A stretch of DNA of 64,000 nt from an uncultured Acidimicrobiales bacterium. GTDB taxonomy: Bacteria > Actinomycetota > Acidimicrobiia > Acidimicrobiales > UBA10347. The stretch covers positions 62,001 to 126,000 of the forward strand of contig CALSSD010000007.1 in NCBI GenBank assembly GCA_943788915.1, in the 5' to 3' direction. Below are positions 52,407 through 61,958 of the stretch, piece by piece (the first letter of the stretch is position 1; the number at the start of each line of letters is the position of its first letter). A model generated the notes under the pieces. It was not told the origin of the DNA. It made no database searches and saw only the letters and a list, made by a program, of their open reading frames with translations. Made by a program: the position numbers and the translations under genes.

Positions 52407-52780
52407 CCGGCCTGCTCACGTTATTTGCGGTCATTGCAACCATCTCACTGCTGGTCTCAGCCGCAGCGACCGGCGCACAGGCAACCGGAAGCGACCCCAA
52501 CAAACGCGGCCCGTGGGGCATCGCCAACTGGCACGCCCAACGAAGTCGGGCATTAAATCCGCATGAACGACGATGGCAGACAACACTTCTCTCCGGCAAG
52601 GACAATCCGGCTCGGTGGACGACTGCAGTCAACGAGATCACTGCACTCGAACGACTCCGGGACCTTGACCCGGCTGGTCCAGTGCCCAAAAAATTTAACA
52701 ACCAATGGATCGAGGCCAGCATCGCCAACCTCGAAGCATCCATCCACGACTCAACACCCCCAGGAGATACTCCGAAATGA
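52403..52780 (+). CDS. Hypothetical protein with N-terminal TM/signal
   Basis: ATGA-coupled to both neighbours; hydrophobic N-terminus. Confidence 0.65.
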   Translation: MTGLLTLFAVIATISLLVSAAATGAQATGSDPNKRGPWGIANWHAQRSRALNPHERRWQTTLLSGKDNPARWTTAVNEITALERLRDLDPAGPVPKKFNNQWIEASIANLEASIHDSTPPGDTPK

Positions 52781-53757
52781 CTGCCCACACAACGAGCGAC
52801 GTCGCCCGTTACGGCACCGCCATGCTCGACGAACTCGAAAAGGCGATCGTCGGCAAACGAGATGTCCTCAAGCTCCTTCTCACCGGCATCTTTGCCAGCG
52901 GCCACGTGCTGTTCGAGGACGTACCCGGCCTAGCCAAAACGCTCATTGCCCGATCGATCGCCCAGGTGGCTGACCTGGACTTCTCTCGGGTCCAGTTCAC
53001 CCCCGACCTGGTTCCTGGCGACATCACCGGCTCGACCCTGTTCGAAGCAGGAAGTGCTTCGGGCACATTCAAACCCGGTCCGGTCTTTGCCAACCTTGTG
53101 CTCGGAGACGAGATCAACCGTGCACCGCCGAAGACACAGTCCGCCGTCCTCGAAGCCATGGAAGAACGCCAGGTCACGGTCGATGGTGTCAGCCATCCGC
53201 TGCCACGGCCGTTCATCGTCATCGCTACCCAGAATCCCATCGAGTCAGGCGGCACCTATCCCCTGCCCGAAGCACAGCTCGATCGATTTCTCCTCCGGCT
53301 CAATGTCGGGTATCCCGATCTCGATGCCGAAACCGAGATCCTTGTCCGCCGAGCCGGGCGCGGTAAAGAAGAGGTCAGCCTGGACCGGGTCATCGACGCC
53401 GACACACTTCGCGATCTCCAAATAACCGTCGAAGCAGTGCAGGTCGAACGCAGCGTGGCCCAGTACATGGTCGAACTCGTGACCTCGACCCGAGACTCGG
53501 GCCGCACCGATGCTGGAGCCAGCCCCCGGGGCTCGCTCGCCCTGCTACGTGCGTCTCGAGCATGGGCAGCACTCGACGGACGGAACTTCGTTACACCCGA
53601 CGATGTCCATGCAATCGCGGTGCCGGCACTTGCTCACCGTCTCATTCTCAAACCAGACGAGTGGCTTCGAGGCGTTACCGGCGCAGACATCGTCGACTAC
53701 TGCATGAACACCGTGGCCATGCCGGCCTCGTTGACTGCCGCTGACCCTCAGGGCTGA
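52777..53757 (+). CDS. MoxR family AAA+ ATPase
   Basis: GHVLFEDVPGLAKT, RVQFTPDL.P.D, DEINRAPPKTQSA, ATQNPIE..GTYPLPEAQLDRF, GASPRG. Confidence 0.96.
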   Translation: MTAHTTSDVARYGTAMLDELEKAIVGKRDVLKLLLTGIFASGHVLFEDVPGLAKTLIARSIAQVADLDFSRVQFTPDLVPGDITGSTLFEAGSASGTFKPGPVFANLVLGDEINRAPPKTQSAVLEAMEERQVTVDGVSHPLPRPFIVIATQNPIESGGTYPLPEAQLDRFLLRLNVGYPDLDAETEILVRRAGRGKEEVSLDRVIDADTLRDLQITVEAVQVERSVAQYMVELVTSTRDSGRTDAGASPRGSLALLRASRAWAALDGRNFVTPDDVHAIAVPALAHRLILKPDEWLRGVTGADIVDYCMNTVAMPASLTAADPQG

Positions 53758-53759
53758 CC

Positions 53760-55148
53760 TTGGCACCGCGTTCATTAACCCCAGGTGTAGCAACCAAGGG
53801 TTCAGCAGCCGAGGGTCGTTCCGAGCCGTCAACAACGGTCAGGCTCACGGGTGACCGAGACCTGGCCCGGCGACTGCCGTTCTTCGACGTCTGTTGCCTG
53901 ATCGCCGTCGCCGGTCTAGCCACAGCCATCGGTTTTCGACGACCAGAAATCCTGGCGTTGACCACACCGTTCCTGATCGCAGCAGCGGCCGGGTTGGCGT
54001 TGTGGCGTCCGATCGATGGCCAGATCAGTATTCGGGCTGACCGTTCTCGGATCCTCGAAGGCGAAGAAGTCACGATCCTGGTCGACATCACCAGCACCAG
54101 TGGCATACCCCGAGTCGAGATCGAACTGGAACCAAGTGCACGTCTAGCCGCTGTTGGTTCGCTCCGCGCTGTCACGACCGTCAGACCAGGGAGCACGGCA
54201 ACACTGGCATTCACGGTGCGGGGCTCCGAATGGGGCATTGCTCGCATCACCAAGTTGACCGCCCGGTTGAACGACAGGTTCTCCATGTTCGGCGGCCAGG
54301 CCGACGTCTTCACCGATACCACCGTCACTATCGGCCTGCCCGAAGACCGCATCTCCGCATCGCTCGAGGCAGAACGATTCCGGCGCATAGTCGGCAGTCA
54401 CCAGAGCAACGACCGCGGCCAGGGTATGGAGATCGCCGACATCCGCCCGTTTCAGCCCGGCGACTCGACCCGCAACATCAATTGGCGCATCAGCAATCGC
54501 CGACAGGAACCATGGGTCACACTTCGACATCCCGATCGGTCGACGACCATGGTCGTCATTGTCGATGCCCACGATGGCGGCGACGACGAACAACGCATCA
54601 CCCAACGCCGCTCGGTAAGTGCTGCCATGGCCTTGAGCCGCGGTCACCTCGCCATGCACGACCGGGTGGGCCTCCTGGTAGTCGGCCACACGGTGCAGTG
54701 GTTGCCGCCGAAGCTGGGCCGTAATCAGCTGTTCCAGATTGCTGATCATCTGGTCGCGGTGAGCAACGCACCCGAAGCAAGCAGGCGTATGTATCGGCCG
54801 CCCGCGGTGTCGACGATTCCAAACAACGCCATTGTCGTTGCGGTGTCGCCGCTTCGGGATCCGCTGATGGTCGCACTTGTCGCCGAGATTCGGAGTCGAG
54901 GCAACCCGGTATCTGTTCTGGTTCCTGAGTCACGGCAACCCACGGCAACCCGCGCCCGTCTCCGTATAACAAGTCGTACCAACGAACAAGCACGACGACT
55001 CGCAGCGGTCGAGCAGCAGATCGGCGTGCAATCATTACGAGAGCGTGGTGTCGGCATCGTTGCGTGGGTACCCGATGACCCGGTGGTGACCGTTATCGAC
55101 CAGATCCGTCAACTCCGCATGGCAATGGCACGGGGGCGCTCGTGGTAG
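53760..55148 (+). CDS. DUF58 (vWA-like) membrane protein
   Basis: G.EIADIRPFQPGD..R.INWR, VIVDA, DRVGL; follows MoxR. Confidence 0.85.
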   Translation: MAPRSLTPGVATKGSAAEGRSEPSTTVRLTGDRDLARRLPFFDVCCLIAVAGLATAIGFRRPEILALTTPFLIAAAAGLALWRPIDGQISIRADRSRILEGEEVTILVDITSTSGIPRVEIELEPSARLAAVGSLRAVTTVRPGSTATLAFTVRGSEWGIARITKLTARLNDRFSMFGGQADVFTDTTVTIGLPEDRISASLEAERFRRIVGSHQSNDRGQGMEIADIRPFQPGDSTRNINWRISNRRQEPWVTLRHPDRSTTMVVIVDAHDGGDDEQRITQRRSVSAAMALSRGHLAMHDRVGLLVVGHTVQWLPPKLGRNQLFQIADHLVAVSNAPEASRRMYRPPAVSTIPNNAIVVAVSPLRDPLMVALVAEIRSRGNPVSVLVPESRQPTATRARLRITSRTNEQARRLAAVEQQIGVQSLRERGVGIVAWVPDDPVVTVIDQIRQLRMAMARGRSW

Positions 55149-55158
55149 CAGCATCGAC

Positions 55159-55716
55159 ATGTTGACCTGGCAGATCGACCGCATCCTTCGCGCTGGTCCG
55201 CTGTGCGCAGTGGCCACGCTGCTGCTTCCGATTGCCCTGGCGCTGCTCGTGAATGCTCAGAGCGACACAGAAAACGTGCTCGGCATCATGTTGGTTGCAT
55301 CCGGCATCATCCTCATTGGCAGCATCGCCGGTTCAACGTTGACCAGTGGACTGGGTTGTGCCTTGTTCGGCCTGGGGACCCTCGTGGCCGAAGTCCCTGT
55401 CGCACTCATGGCTGCGGTCGGTAGCGGGTTGTACATCACCCTCGTCCTCCACGACCTTGCCGGCGCATTCCACAGGGGCCCGCGGATCAACCCGACCGTG
55501 TGGCGAGATGCAGCAGTGACCACCTTGGTACTCACTGCGCTTACCGCGGTAGCGTTCGCCGTGACCTACACCATTGGTGGCCTCGCAACCTGGCAGAGCA
55601 TCGTGGTTCCCTTCGCCATTGCAGCCATTGGTTTCTCAGCCAAGCTGGCGGCCGACGCGCACCGCACGTCGGCCCGCCAACTCACTGCTCGGCGATCTCC
55701 ACAACCCGACGAGTGA
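55159..55716 (+). CDS. Hypothetical integral membrane protein
   Basis: Five to six hydrophobic segments; last gene of the MoxR operon. Confidence 0.65.
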   Translation: MLTWQIDRILRAGPLCAVATLLLPIALALLVNAQSDTENVLGIMLVASGIILIGSIAGSTLTSGLGCALFGLGTLVAEVPVALMAAVGSGLYITLVLHDLAGAFHRGPRINPTVWRDAAVTTLVLTALTAVAFAVTYTIGGLATWQSIVVPFAIAAIGFSAKLAADAHRTSARQLTARRSPQPDE

Positions 55717-55789
55717 ACGCGTGGAGTGAAAGGCTCCGATCTCGCACCATTCGTTGCGCACCAAGCGTCTCACTCCACGGTTGCTATCT

Positions 55790-57181
55790 CTAGCTGTTCA
55801 CGGGAAACGACAACTCGAATTGGGCTCCGCCGGACGGCGCATCGGTCAGCACGATGGCGCCTCCGTTGGCAGTAACAATCGAAGCAACAATCGACAGGCC
55901 AAGTCCCGTTCCGCCAGCGGAACGAGCCCTATCGGTATGGACACGGGCGAACCGCTCGAAAACTGTGTCACGATCTTCGGGCGCAATACCTGGCCCATCG
56001 TCGGCGACAATAAGGGTCGCCATGGCACCAGTTTCGACCACGGCAAGCGTGACGCTCTGAGCTGCAAATCGTTCGGCATTCTCCAACAGATTTCGGATCG
56101 CCCGGGCAGCCTCCGATGGCTCGACGCGAACGCCAACCGGCACCACACCACTCGCATCGATGTGTTTTTGACTCGTGGCCGCCACGCGTTCTGCTTCGTC
56201 GAACACGAGGTCAGCCAGGTCGATCGTTTTGAGCGTGCGAGGGGCACCCTCGTCGGCTCGGGCGAGGTACAGCAGGTCATCGACAAGCGTGTGAAGACGA
56301 TTGAGCTCGACCCCCACCGACGTCGTGACTCGTTCGAACTCGTGGGCATCCGCTGCGATGCTCGACGTGTCAATGATTGCCCGAGCGTTCGCCAGCGGAC
56401 TCTTGAGCTCGTGTGATGCATCGGCTACGAACTGTCGTTGCTGCAAACTCTGCTGATCGAGCCGGTCGAGCACACCGTTGATCGTGGCGCCGAGTTCGTC
56501 GATTTCATCGCCAGAGCCCGGCTCGGTGATTCGTCGGCCATCGCCGGCCCCGACGACATCGTCGAGTTCCGAACGCATCAGTTTTACCGGTCCCAAAGCT
56601 CGGCCTGTCACGAACCATGCAACACCCGCGCCAGCAAGCGCCGTAAGTGGCATGACGGCCAGCAATATGTTTCGCACAGCAGCCTGGCTACTTCGGGCGT
56701 TCTCTCCCTCGTTGCCCACGATGACCCGCACACCGTTTGTCGCTTCGACCGCTGCCACCCGAAGATTCTCTTGCTCTGCGTTATGGCCCGAGCCGATCAC
56801 CGTAACCAAGAGGTCGCTCATCCCAAGCGGGACCTCTGTACGAAGATCGCCAGGAACCATCACCCCGGCCGACGCGAGTCGTTCACCGTCTGGCCCAATC
56901 GCAACCACGAAGTCTTCATCGCCCACCGGAGTCATCAGTGTGTCGGGTGACGCACCTCCGTCGATCAGCGCTGCCCGGTCGGCGGCTTGCTCAAAGAGTG
57001 TTTGGTCGAACGAACGTTGGATCTGGCGACCTACAAACCAGTTCACGCCGAAACCGGCCACAGCAAGCAAGCCGATCAGAGCGACCGCTGCACCCGCCGT
57101 GGTGCGGAAACGAACGGACTTCGTGTTGATGCGCAGCGATTTGTTCGTGATTGGGTTGTTCGTCATCGGACTAATTCTCAT
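55790..57181 (-). CDS. HAMP-domain sensor histidine kinase
   Basis: Two TM helices, FVADASHELKSPL, NLLENA, DDGPGI, GGTGLGL. Confidence 0.95.
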   Translation of the reverse strand: MRISPMTNNPITNKSLRINTKSVRFRTTAGAAVALIGLLAVAGFGVNWFVGRQIQRSFDQTLFEQAADRAALIDGGASPDTLMTPVGDEDFVVAIGPDGERLASAGVMVPGDLRTEVPLGMSDLLVTVIGSGHNAEQENLRVAAVEATNGVRVIVGNEGENARSSQAAVRNILLAVMPLTALAGAGVAWFVTGRALGPVKLMRSELDDVVGAGDGRRITEPGSGDEIDELGATINGVLDRLDQQSLQQRQFVADASHELKSPLANARAIIDTSSIAADAHEFERVTTSVGVELNRLHTLVDDLLYLARADEGAPRTLKTIDLADLVFDEAERVAATSQKHIDASGVVPVGVRVEPSEAARAIRNLLENAERFAAQSVTLAVVETGAMATLIVADDGPGIAPEDRDTVFERFARVHTDRARSAGGTGLGLSIVASIVTANGGAIVLTDAPSGGAQFELSFPVNS

Positions 57182-57184
57182 GAC

Positions 57185-57862
57185 TCAGCCTCCGTTCTCG
57201 GCGAGTCGGTAACCAGCGCCTCGGACCGTTTCAATCGACCGGCGGCCGAAAGGCTCGTCAATCTTCTTGCGAAGCGAACGCACGTAGACCTCGACGATGT
57301 TCAGGTCTCCATCGAAGTGCAAATCCCACACTTTCTCCACAATTTCTGTCTTCGCTAATACCTGGCCCACCTGACGCATAAGACACTCAAGCACAGCGAA
57401 TTCTCGGGCGGTCAGATCGACCTCGGTGTTGCCTCGGTGGACTCGGCGGAGCGCCGAATGCAACACCAAATCGCCAGCGGTGAACGTGACCGGTTCGGTC
57501 GACTGCGCCCGTCGAAGCAGTGCTCGTAGTCGGGCGATAAGTACCGGGAACGAAAATGGTTTGGTCAGATAATCGTCGGCGCCCGTGTCAAGCCCCTCTG
57601 CTTCGTCAAGGTCACCCTGTTTGGCGGTCAACATCAGGATCGGCGTCCAGATCTGTTCATCCCGCAGCGTGCGACACACGAGGAACCCGTTCATTCCCGG
57701 CAACATGAGATCGAGCACGATGGCGTCGTAGGCGATCTCACGTGCCAGATGCAACCCGTCGATGCCATCGTGCGCTACGTCGATGGCAAAACCCTCGGCT
57801 TCGAGCCCTCGCCGCAGCGAGTCAGCCATGGAAAGTTCGTCTTCGACGATCAATATGCGCAC
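57185..57862 (-). CDS. OmpR-family response regulator
   Basis: ILIVEDE, LDLMLPG, GADDYLTKPF, VEVYVRSLRKK, ETVRGAGY. Confidence 0.96.
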   Translation of the reverse strand: MRILIVEDELSMADSLRRGLEAEGFAIDVAHDGIDGLHLAREIAYDAIVLDLMLPGMNGFLVCRTLRDEQIWTPILMLTAKQGDLDEAEGLDTGADDYLTKPFSFPVLIARLRALLRRAQSTEPVTFTAGDLVLHSALRRVHRGNTEVDLTAREFAVLECLMRQVGQVLAKTEIVEKVWDLHFDGDLNIVEVYVRSLRKKIDEPFGRRSIETVRGAGYRLAENGG

Positions 57863-57875
57863 GATGGCTCCAAAC

Positions 57876-58252
57876 CTAGGCCGCAGCCGGAACGGCGGTG
57901 CGACGATTGGGGATCTTCCATGCTCGCCATGCCGTCAGGAATGCAAGTAAACCAATCAGGCCACCACTGATCAGCTGATACCAGCTCGACCCGGAATCGG
58001 TGCCGGCAGTGATCCCATGCACGATGCCGAGCGGCAGCAGCACGTAACTACCGAGATGGATCCATTTCCACAGTCGACGGGGAATCCGCCGCATCATCAT
58101 CGAACTCAGCCACCATGACTTCGGTTGGTGACAGTGGGGGCATTACCGAGCATTACGTCGCCTGATCCTTGGCTCACAACGACAGCGCCGACAAGTGATG
58201 CGGCGACCAAGGCGAGTCCTGCGAATGTTGCGGTTCGTTGAGTGCGGTCCAT
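57876..58252 (-). pseudogene. Deletion scar: 5' stub of an exported protein abutting the 3' end of a ferric-reductase-like TM protein
   Basis: MDRTQRTATFAGLALVAASLVGAVVV... (RBS AGGGAG) stops after about 48 aa; the adjacent frame reads SS.MMRRIPRRLWKWIHLGSY......HGITAGTD, the C-terminal half of a ferric-reductase-like TM domain. Confidence 0.65.
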
Positions 58253-58290
58253 GATTGGCTCCCTGTTATTGGGGACACCGCAACCATGCA

Positions 58291-58317
58291 CGAAGCTTCC
58301 TGAAGCCCTGCTGAAGG
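58291..58317. promoter_or_regulatory. Candidate OmpR-type direct repeats CTGAAG-N5-CTGAAG
   Basis: cgaag 58291, ctgaag 58300, ctgaag 58311 (about one helical turn apart), upstream of the unit that ends in the RR/HK genes. Confidence 0.5.
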
Positions 58318-58333
58318 CGACAAAAACGTCAAC

Positions 58334-58357
58334 ACCCTCCGGCTCGGGCTGGAGGGT
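58334..58357 (-). terminator. Hairpin, possible terminator of the LAxTG-like gene
   Basis: accctccggc-tcgg-gctggagggt stem (one wobble or mismatch); T-rich stretch shortly downstream on the minus strand. Confidence 0.5.
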
Positions 58358-58419
58358 ATTGGGAAGAACGATGCAAGGTGTTCGTAGCGTGAGCCACTTA
58401 CTAGCTCGCCACTATCTAG

Positions 58420-58860
58420 CTAGCCAAGGCGTGTGCTTCGACGTGTACCCAGTGCGACTGCACCGAATGCAAGGAGCCCCGTACCGAGATAGGCAAGAAC
58501 GAACACTTCGCTGCCGCTGTGGGCCAGCCCGGCAGTTGGCGATTCAGCCGGAGCAGTTGCTGGTGCGCTCGCAACCAAGCCGATTGGGGCGGAGTACGGG
58601 CTCGTCGGGGTGGTTGGCTTGGTGGTGAACGGACCGGGATACGCCTCGGCGTCAGCGCATGCAGGTGCCGCGGTCGCGTTTGCATTCACGACGACATCAT
58701 CGGTCGGCCCGTCGTTGGGAACGGTCGTGGGTTCAGGAGTTGGCATCTCGACCCGTGTGCGCACGCACGTTGGCTCGCCCTGGGCCGAAGCAACGGGCAC
58801 GAAGAAGGCGCCGACTACGGCCAGCGCTACTGCGAGGAGCAGGCTCAGTTTCGTAGTCAT
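58420..58860 (-). CDS. Small secreted protein with sortase-type LAxTG-like (LAHSG) anchor
   Basis: Signal peptide ending ASA; Pro/Thr-rich body; GLAHSG + hydrophobic helix + RRSTR tail. Confidence 0.75.
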   Translation of the reverse strand: MTTKLSLLLAVALAVVGAFFVPVASAQGEPTCVRTRVEMPTPEPTTVPNDGPTDDVVVNANATAAPACADAEAYPGPFTTKPTTPTSPYSAPIGLVASAPATAPAESPTAGLAHSGSEVFVLAYLGTGLLAFGAVALGTRRSTRLG

Positions 58861-59088
58861 ACGCCTTACCTTGAACCATCACCCAGATTTATCAAGATTT
58901 CAGCTCGAATTCTCAGTAGGGACCACGCTCGCAGCTCAATAATCCCCCTCAACTCCTTTGGTTGTCATCAGCCGGGGCATCTGCCTGCGCTCGAACCAGC
59001 GACGGTTGTCGATGCCGATCGCGTCGCCAAAGGGACGGTTGCCAACGGCGGCTGACACCAGGCCTCGCAGCTGTGGCAATCTCGTCTC

Positions 59089-59967
59089 ATGACCGAACCG
59101 GTGTTATATGAAGAACGCGACGACATCGCCATCATCACGTTGAACCGCCCCCATAAGCGCAATGCACTGAACGAGGCGGTGATCCAGGGTCTGGCCGACG
59201 GTATCGATGCAGCAACGAAGTCCGCTGACGTAGCGGCCATTGTGTTGCGTGGTGCCGATGGCACATTGACGGCTGGTTACGACCTTGGCGCCACCATCGA
59301 AGAACCCGACTACGTCGGCTGGACGACCCCGTACGGTGCAAAAGGTCCCAAACCGCGCGAAGGCGCATGGGATCCCGTTCGTGACTACCAATTCATGCAT
59401 AACAATGTGCGTCGTTTCATGAAGATCTGGGAGTGCCCAAAGCCCGTGCTTGGTGAGGTCAGCGGCTGGGCGGTGGGTGGCGCTACTGACCTGGTCCTGT
59501 GTTGTGACCAGCTGTACATGGCCAGCGACGCCCACATTGGTTACGCACCCAGCCGAGTCTTTGGCACACCTACGACCATGATGTGGATCTACCGACTCGG
59601 ACTCGAACATGCCAAGCAGTTCCTGTTGACAGGCCGAGCAATCGATGCTGACACTGCGTTCCGGATCGGCCTTGTTGCGCACGTCGTCGAGCCTGAAGCC
59701 CTGGCCGCGACCATCGAAGCTGACGCTCAACGATTCCGTCATATTCCCGCGAATCAGCTTGCACTCAACAAGATGCTGATCAATCAGGCTTTTGAGAACA
59801 TGGGGCTTCGTACGTCACAAATGATGGGCACGTTTTTCGACGGCGTGACTCGCCATACCGAAGAAGCACTGTTGTGGGCCGAAGACCTCGAGGAACGCGG
59901 CGTCCGCGATGTCGTGGCCGACCGAGACCGGCCGTGGCAGGACTACGGCCAACGCCCCAAGGGCTAG
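59089..59967 (+). CDS. Enoyl-CoA hydratase/crotonase family protein
   Basis: ITLNRP.KRNAL, AGYDL, KPV...V.GWAVGG. Confidence 0.92.
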   Translation: MTEPVLYEERDDIAIITLNRPHKRNALNEAVIQGLADGIDAATKSADVAAIVLRGADGTLTAGYDLGATIEEPDYVGWTTPYGAKGPKPREGAWDPVRDYQFMHNNVRRFMKIWECPKPVLGEVSGWAVGGATDLVLCCDQLYMASDAHIGYAPSRVFGTPTTMMWIYRLGLEHAKQFLLTGRAIDADTAFRIGLVAHVVEPEALAATIEADAQRFRHIPANQLALNKMLINQAFENMGLRTSQMMGTFFDGVTRHTEEALLWAEDLEERGVRDVVADRDRPWQDYGQRPKG

Positions 59968-60325
59968 CACGTATCAAGTCCGGGTCCAAAGCCTCTACCG
60001 CCGCCAGCCAGTGCCTACGATCATTCGATGGTGGCGAACAACACAAATCCCAACTCAGCAGATTCCGACGGCGAGAAGATCGTCGTTGGTATCGACGGCT
60101 CCACCGGAGCGCACGCTGCGATCGATTGGGCCTTGTCCCATGCCCAAGCGAATGACCAGATCGAGATCATTCACACGTGGACCGACCCGGCTACGCCAGC
60201 AGAAATCGGCATGGCATTCGATCCCCAAATATTCGCCGATTCGGCAGCCGCAGTTCTCGACGCGGAAATGGAACTGATCCGAGAACGCAACTCGGACATC
60301 CAGATCGAGGGTCGTTGCATTCGCG

Positions 60326-61718
60326 GGCAGAGTCCCATCTTGTGGTGGGGTTCGAGTGTGAAGCTCGGTGTGGTCAGCTCTCGAGTTGAGGCTGGTCTGG
60401 TTGAGTATGGCATGGCTGGTTGAGTTCGGCCATGGAAGCCTCCGATAGGTAGCGGCGGGCGATGGCCCATTCGTCGTGTTGATCTGACAACACCGCTCCG
60501 ATGAGGCGGATGGCTGCGGCGTCGTTGGGGAAGATCCCGACGACGTTGGATCGTCGTTTCACTTCCTTGTTGAGGCGCTCCAGCGGGTTGTTCGACCAGA
60601 TCTTGCGCCAGTGCGTTTTGGGGAACGCGCAGAACGCGAGGACATCGGTGCGGGCGGCGTTCATTGACTTGGCTGCTTTGGGGAATTGCTCGGCGAGCAT
60701 GACGGCGACCTCGTCCCATCGGGCCCCGACTTCGGCTGGTGTGGACAGTGCGAAGATCGATCGGAATGTCGCTGCGACGAAGTCGGTGTGTGACTTGGGG
60801 ATCTTGGCCAGCAGGTTGCGGGCGTAGTGAACTCGGCAGCGTTGCCAGGACGCGCCAGCGAAGCATTTGCGGATCGAGGCCCTCAGCCCGGCGTGGGCAT
60901 CGGAGATCACCAACCGCACCCCAGCCAGGCCCCGTTGTTTGAGCGAGCGCAGGAACCGGGTCCAGAACGTCTCATCCTCCGAATCGCCTATAGCGACGCC
61001 CAGGATCTCACGGTCGCCGTTGGCGGTGATCCCGGTCGCAATCACGACCGCCCGAGACACGACCTGGCCCAGGGCGTCGTCGCGGACATGGATGTAGGTG
61101 GCGTCAAGGTAGACGTAGGGGAACTCGACATGGCCCAGGGTGCGGTTGCGGAACGCTTCGACCCGCACATCAAGACCAGCACAGATCCGTGACACCTCTG
61201 ATTTGGAGATCCCGGTATCGATACCCAACGCAGCGACAAGATCATCGACCGATCTTGTGGAGACGCCGTTGACATAGGCCTCCATAACCACCGAGTACAG
61301 GGCCTGGTCGATACGACGACGCGGTTCCAGGATCTCGGGGAAGAACGACCCTCGACGGAGTTTCGGGATCCCCAAGTGCAGGTCGCCGGCCTTGGTTGAG
61401 AGCACTTTGGGGCGATGCCCGTTGCGATGGGCGACTCGGCCCGGGTCACGGCCCCAACGACCAGCCCCAATCGCTTCAGTGGCTTCAGCCTCGATCAGCT
61501 GTTGCAAAGCCCACTGGGCGAGCTCTCGGACAAGGTCGGTTCCTTCCCCGACGCTGAGCGCGTCGAGCAGTTCGTTTACGGCAGACTCTTCAAGAGCCAT
61601 CGGCGGGTTCTCCTCATGGTGTGCACTTCGTAGGTACACACCGAGCATCACGCCGGTGGCTCACCCAAAGGTGGATCCCACCGCTCCCCGAAACCCCACC
61701 ACTCCAGGGGACTCATAC
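60326..61718 (-). mobile_element. IS256-family insertion sequence (about 1393 bp)
   Basis: Imperfect terminal IRs (ggcagagtcccatcttgtggtgggg / reverse complement gtatgagtcccctggagtggtgggg); direct repeat CATTCGCG at 60318-60325 and 61719-61726. Confidence 0.93.
60374..61600 (-). CDS. IS256 family DDE transposase
   Basis: RNGHR, IPKLRRGSFFP, GVSTR, YVYLDATY, VISDAH, WQRC.VH, SNNPLERLNKE.KRR, FPN. Confidence 0.96.
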   Translation of the reverse strand: MALEESAVNELLDALSVGEGTDLVRELAQWALQQLIEAEATEAIGAGRWGRDPGRVAHRNGHRPKVLSTKAGDLHLGIPKLRRGSFFPEILEPRRRIDQALYSVVMEAYVNGVSTRSVDDLVAALGIDTGISKSEVSRICAGLDVRVEAFRNRTLGHVEFPYVYLDATYIHVRDDALGQVVSRAVVIATGITANGDREILGVAIGDSEDETFWTRFLRSLKQRGLAGVRLVISDAHAGLRASIRKCFAGASWQRCRVHYARNLLAKIPKSHTDFVAATFRSIFALSTPAEVGARWDEVAVMLAEQFPKAAKSMNAARTDVLAFCAFPKTHWRKIWSNNPLERLNKEVKRRSNVVGIFPNDAAAIRLIGAVLSDQHDEWAIARRYLSEASMAELNQPCHTQPDQPQLES

Positions 61719-61918
61719 CATTCGCGGCCACCCCGGATCTGCGCTCATTGAGGCCGCGAAGGACGCCGACCTGCTTGTTGTCGGCACTCGGGGACATGGC
61801 GGTTTTGTTGGACTGCTCCTTGGTTCAACCAGCACCTACCTCGCTCATCACGCAACGTGCCCTCTGCTCATCGTTCCTAGCGACGACCGACCAGCTGAAG
61901 AGAACTAGACGACCCACC

Positions 61919-61945
61919 AGCCGGCCTCGAGGAACGAGGTCGGCT
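61919..61945. terminator. Hairpin between convergent usp and trxC
   Basis: agccggcctcg-aggaa-cgaggtcggct 11-bp stem with one G-U pair. Confidence 0.55.
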
Positions 61946-61958
61946 CGGGCTTGTTTGG

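Larger units (their letters stand above)
60028..61908 (+). pseudogene. Universal stress protein gene interrupted by IS256
   Basis: 5' KIVVGIDGS...EGRCIRG and 3' HPGSALIEAAKDADLLVVGTRGHGG...LLGSTS..LAHHATCPLLIV. Removing the IS and one TSD copy restores a 480-nt ORF (159 aa). Confidence 0.92.
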
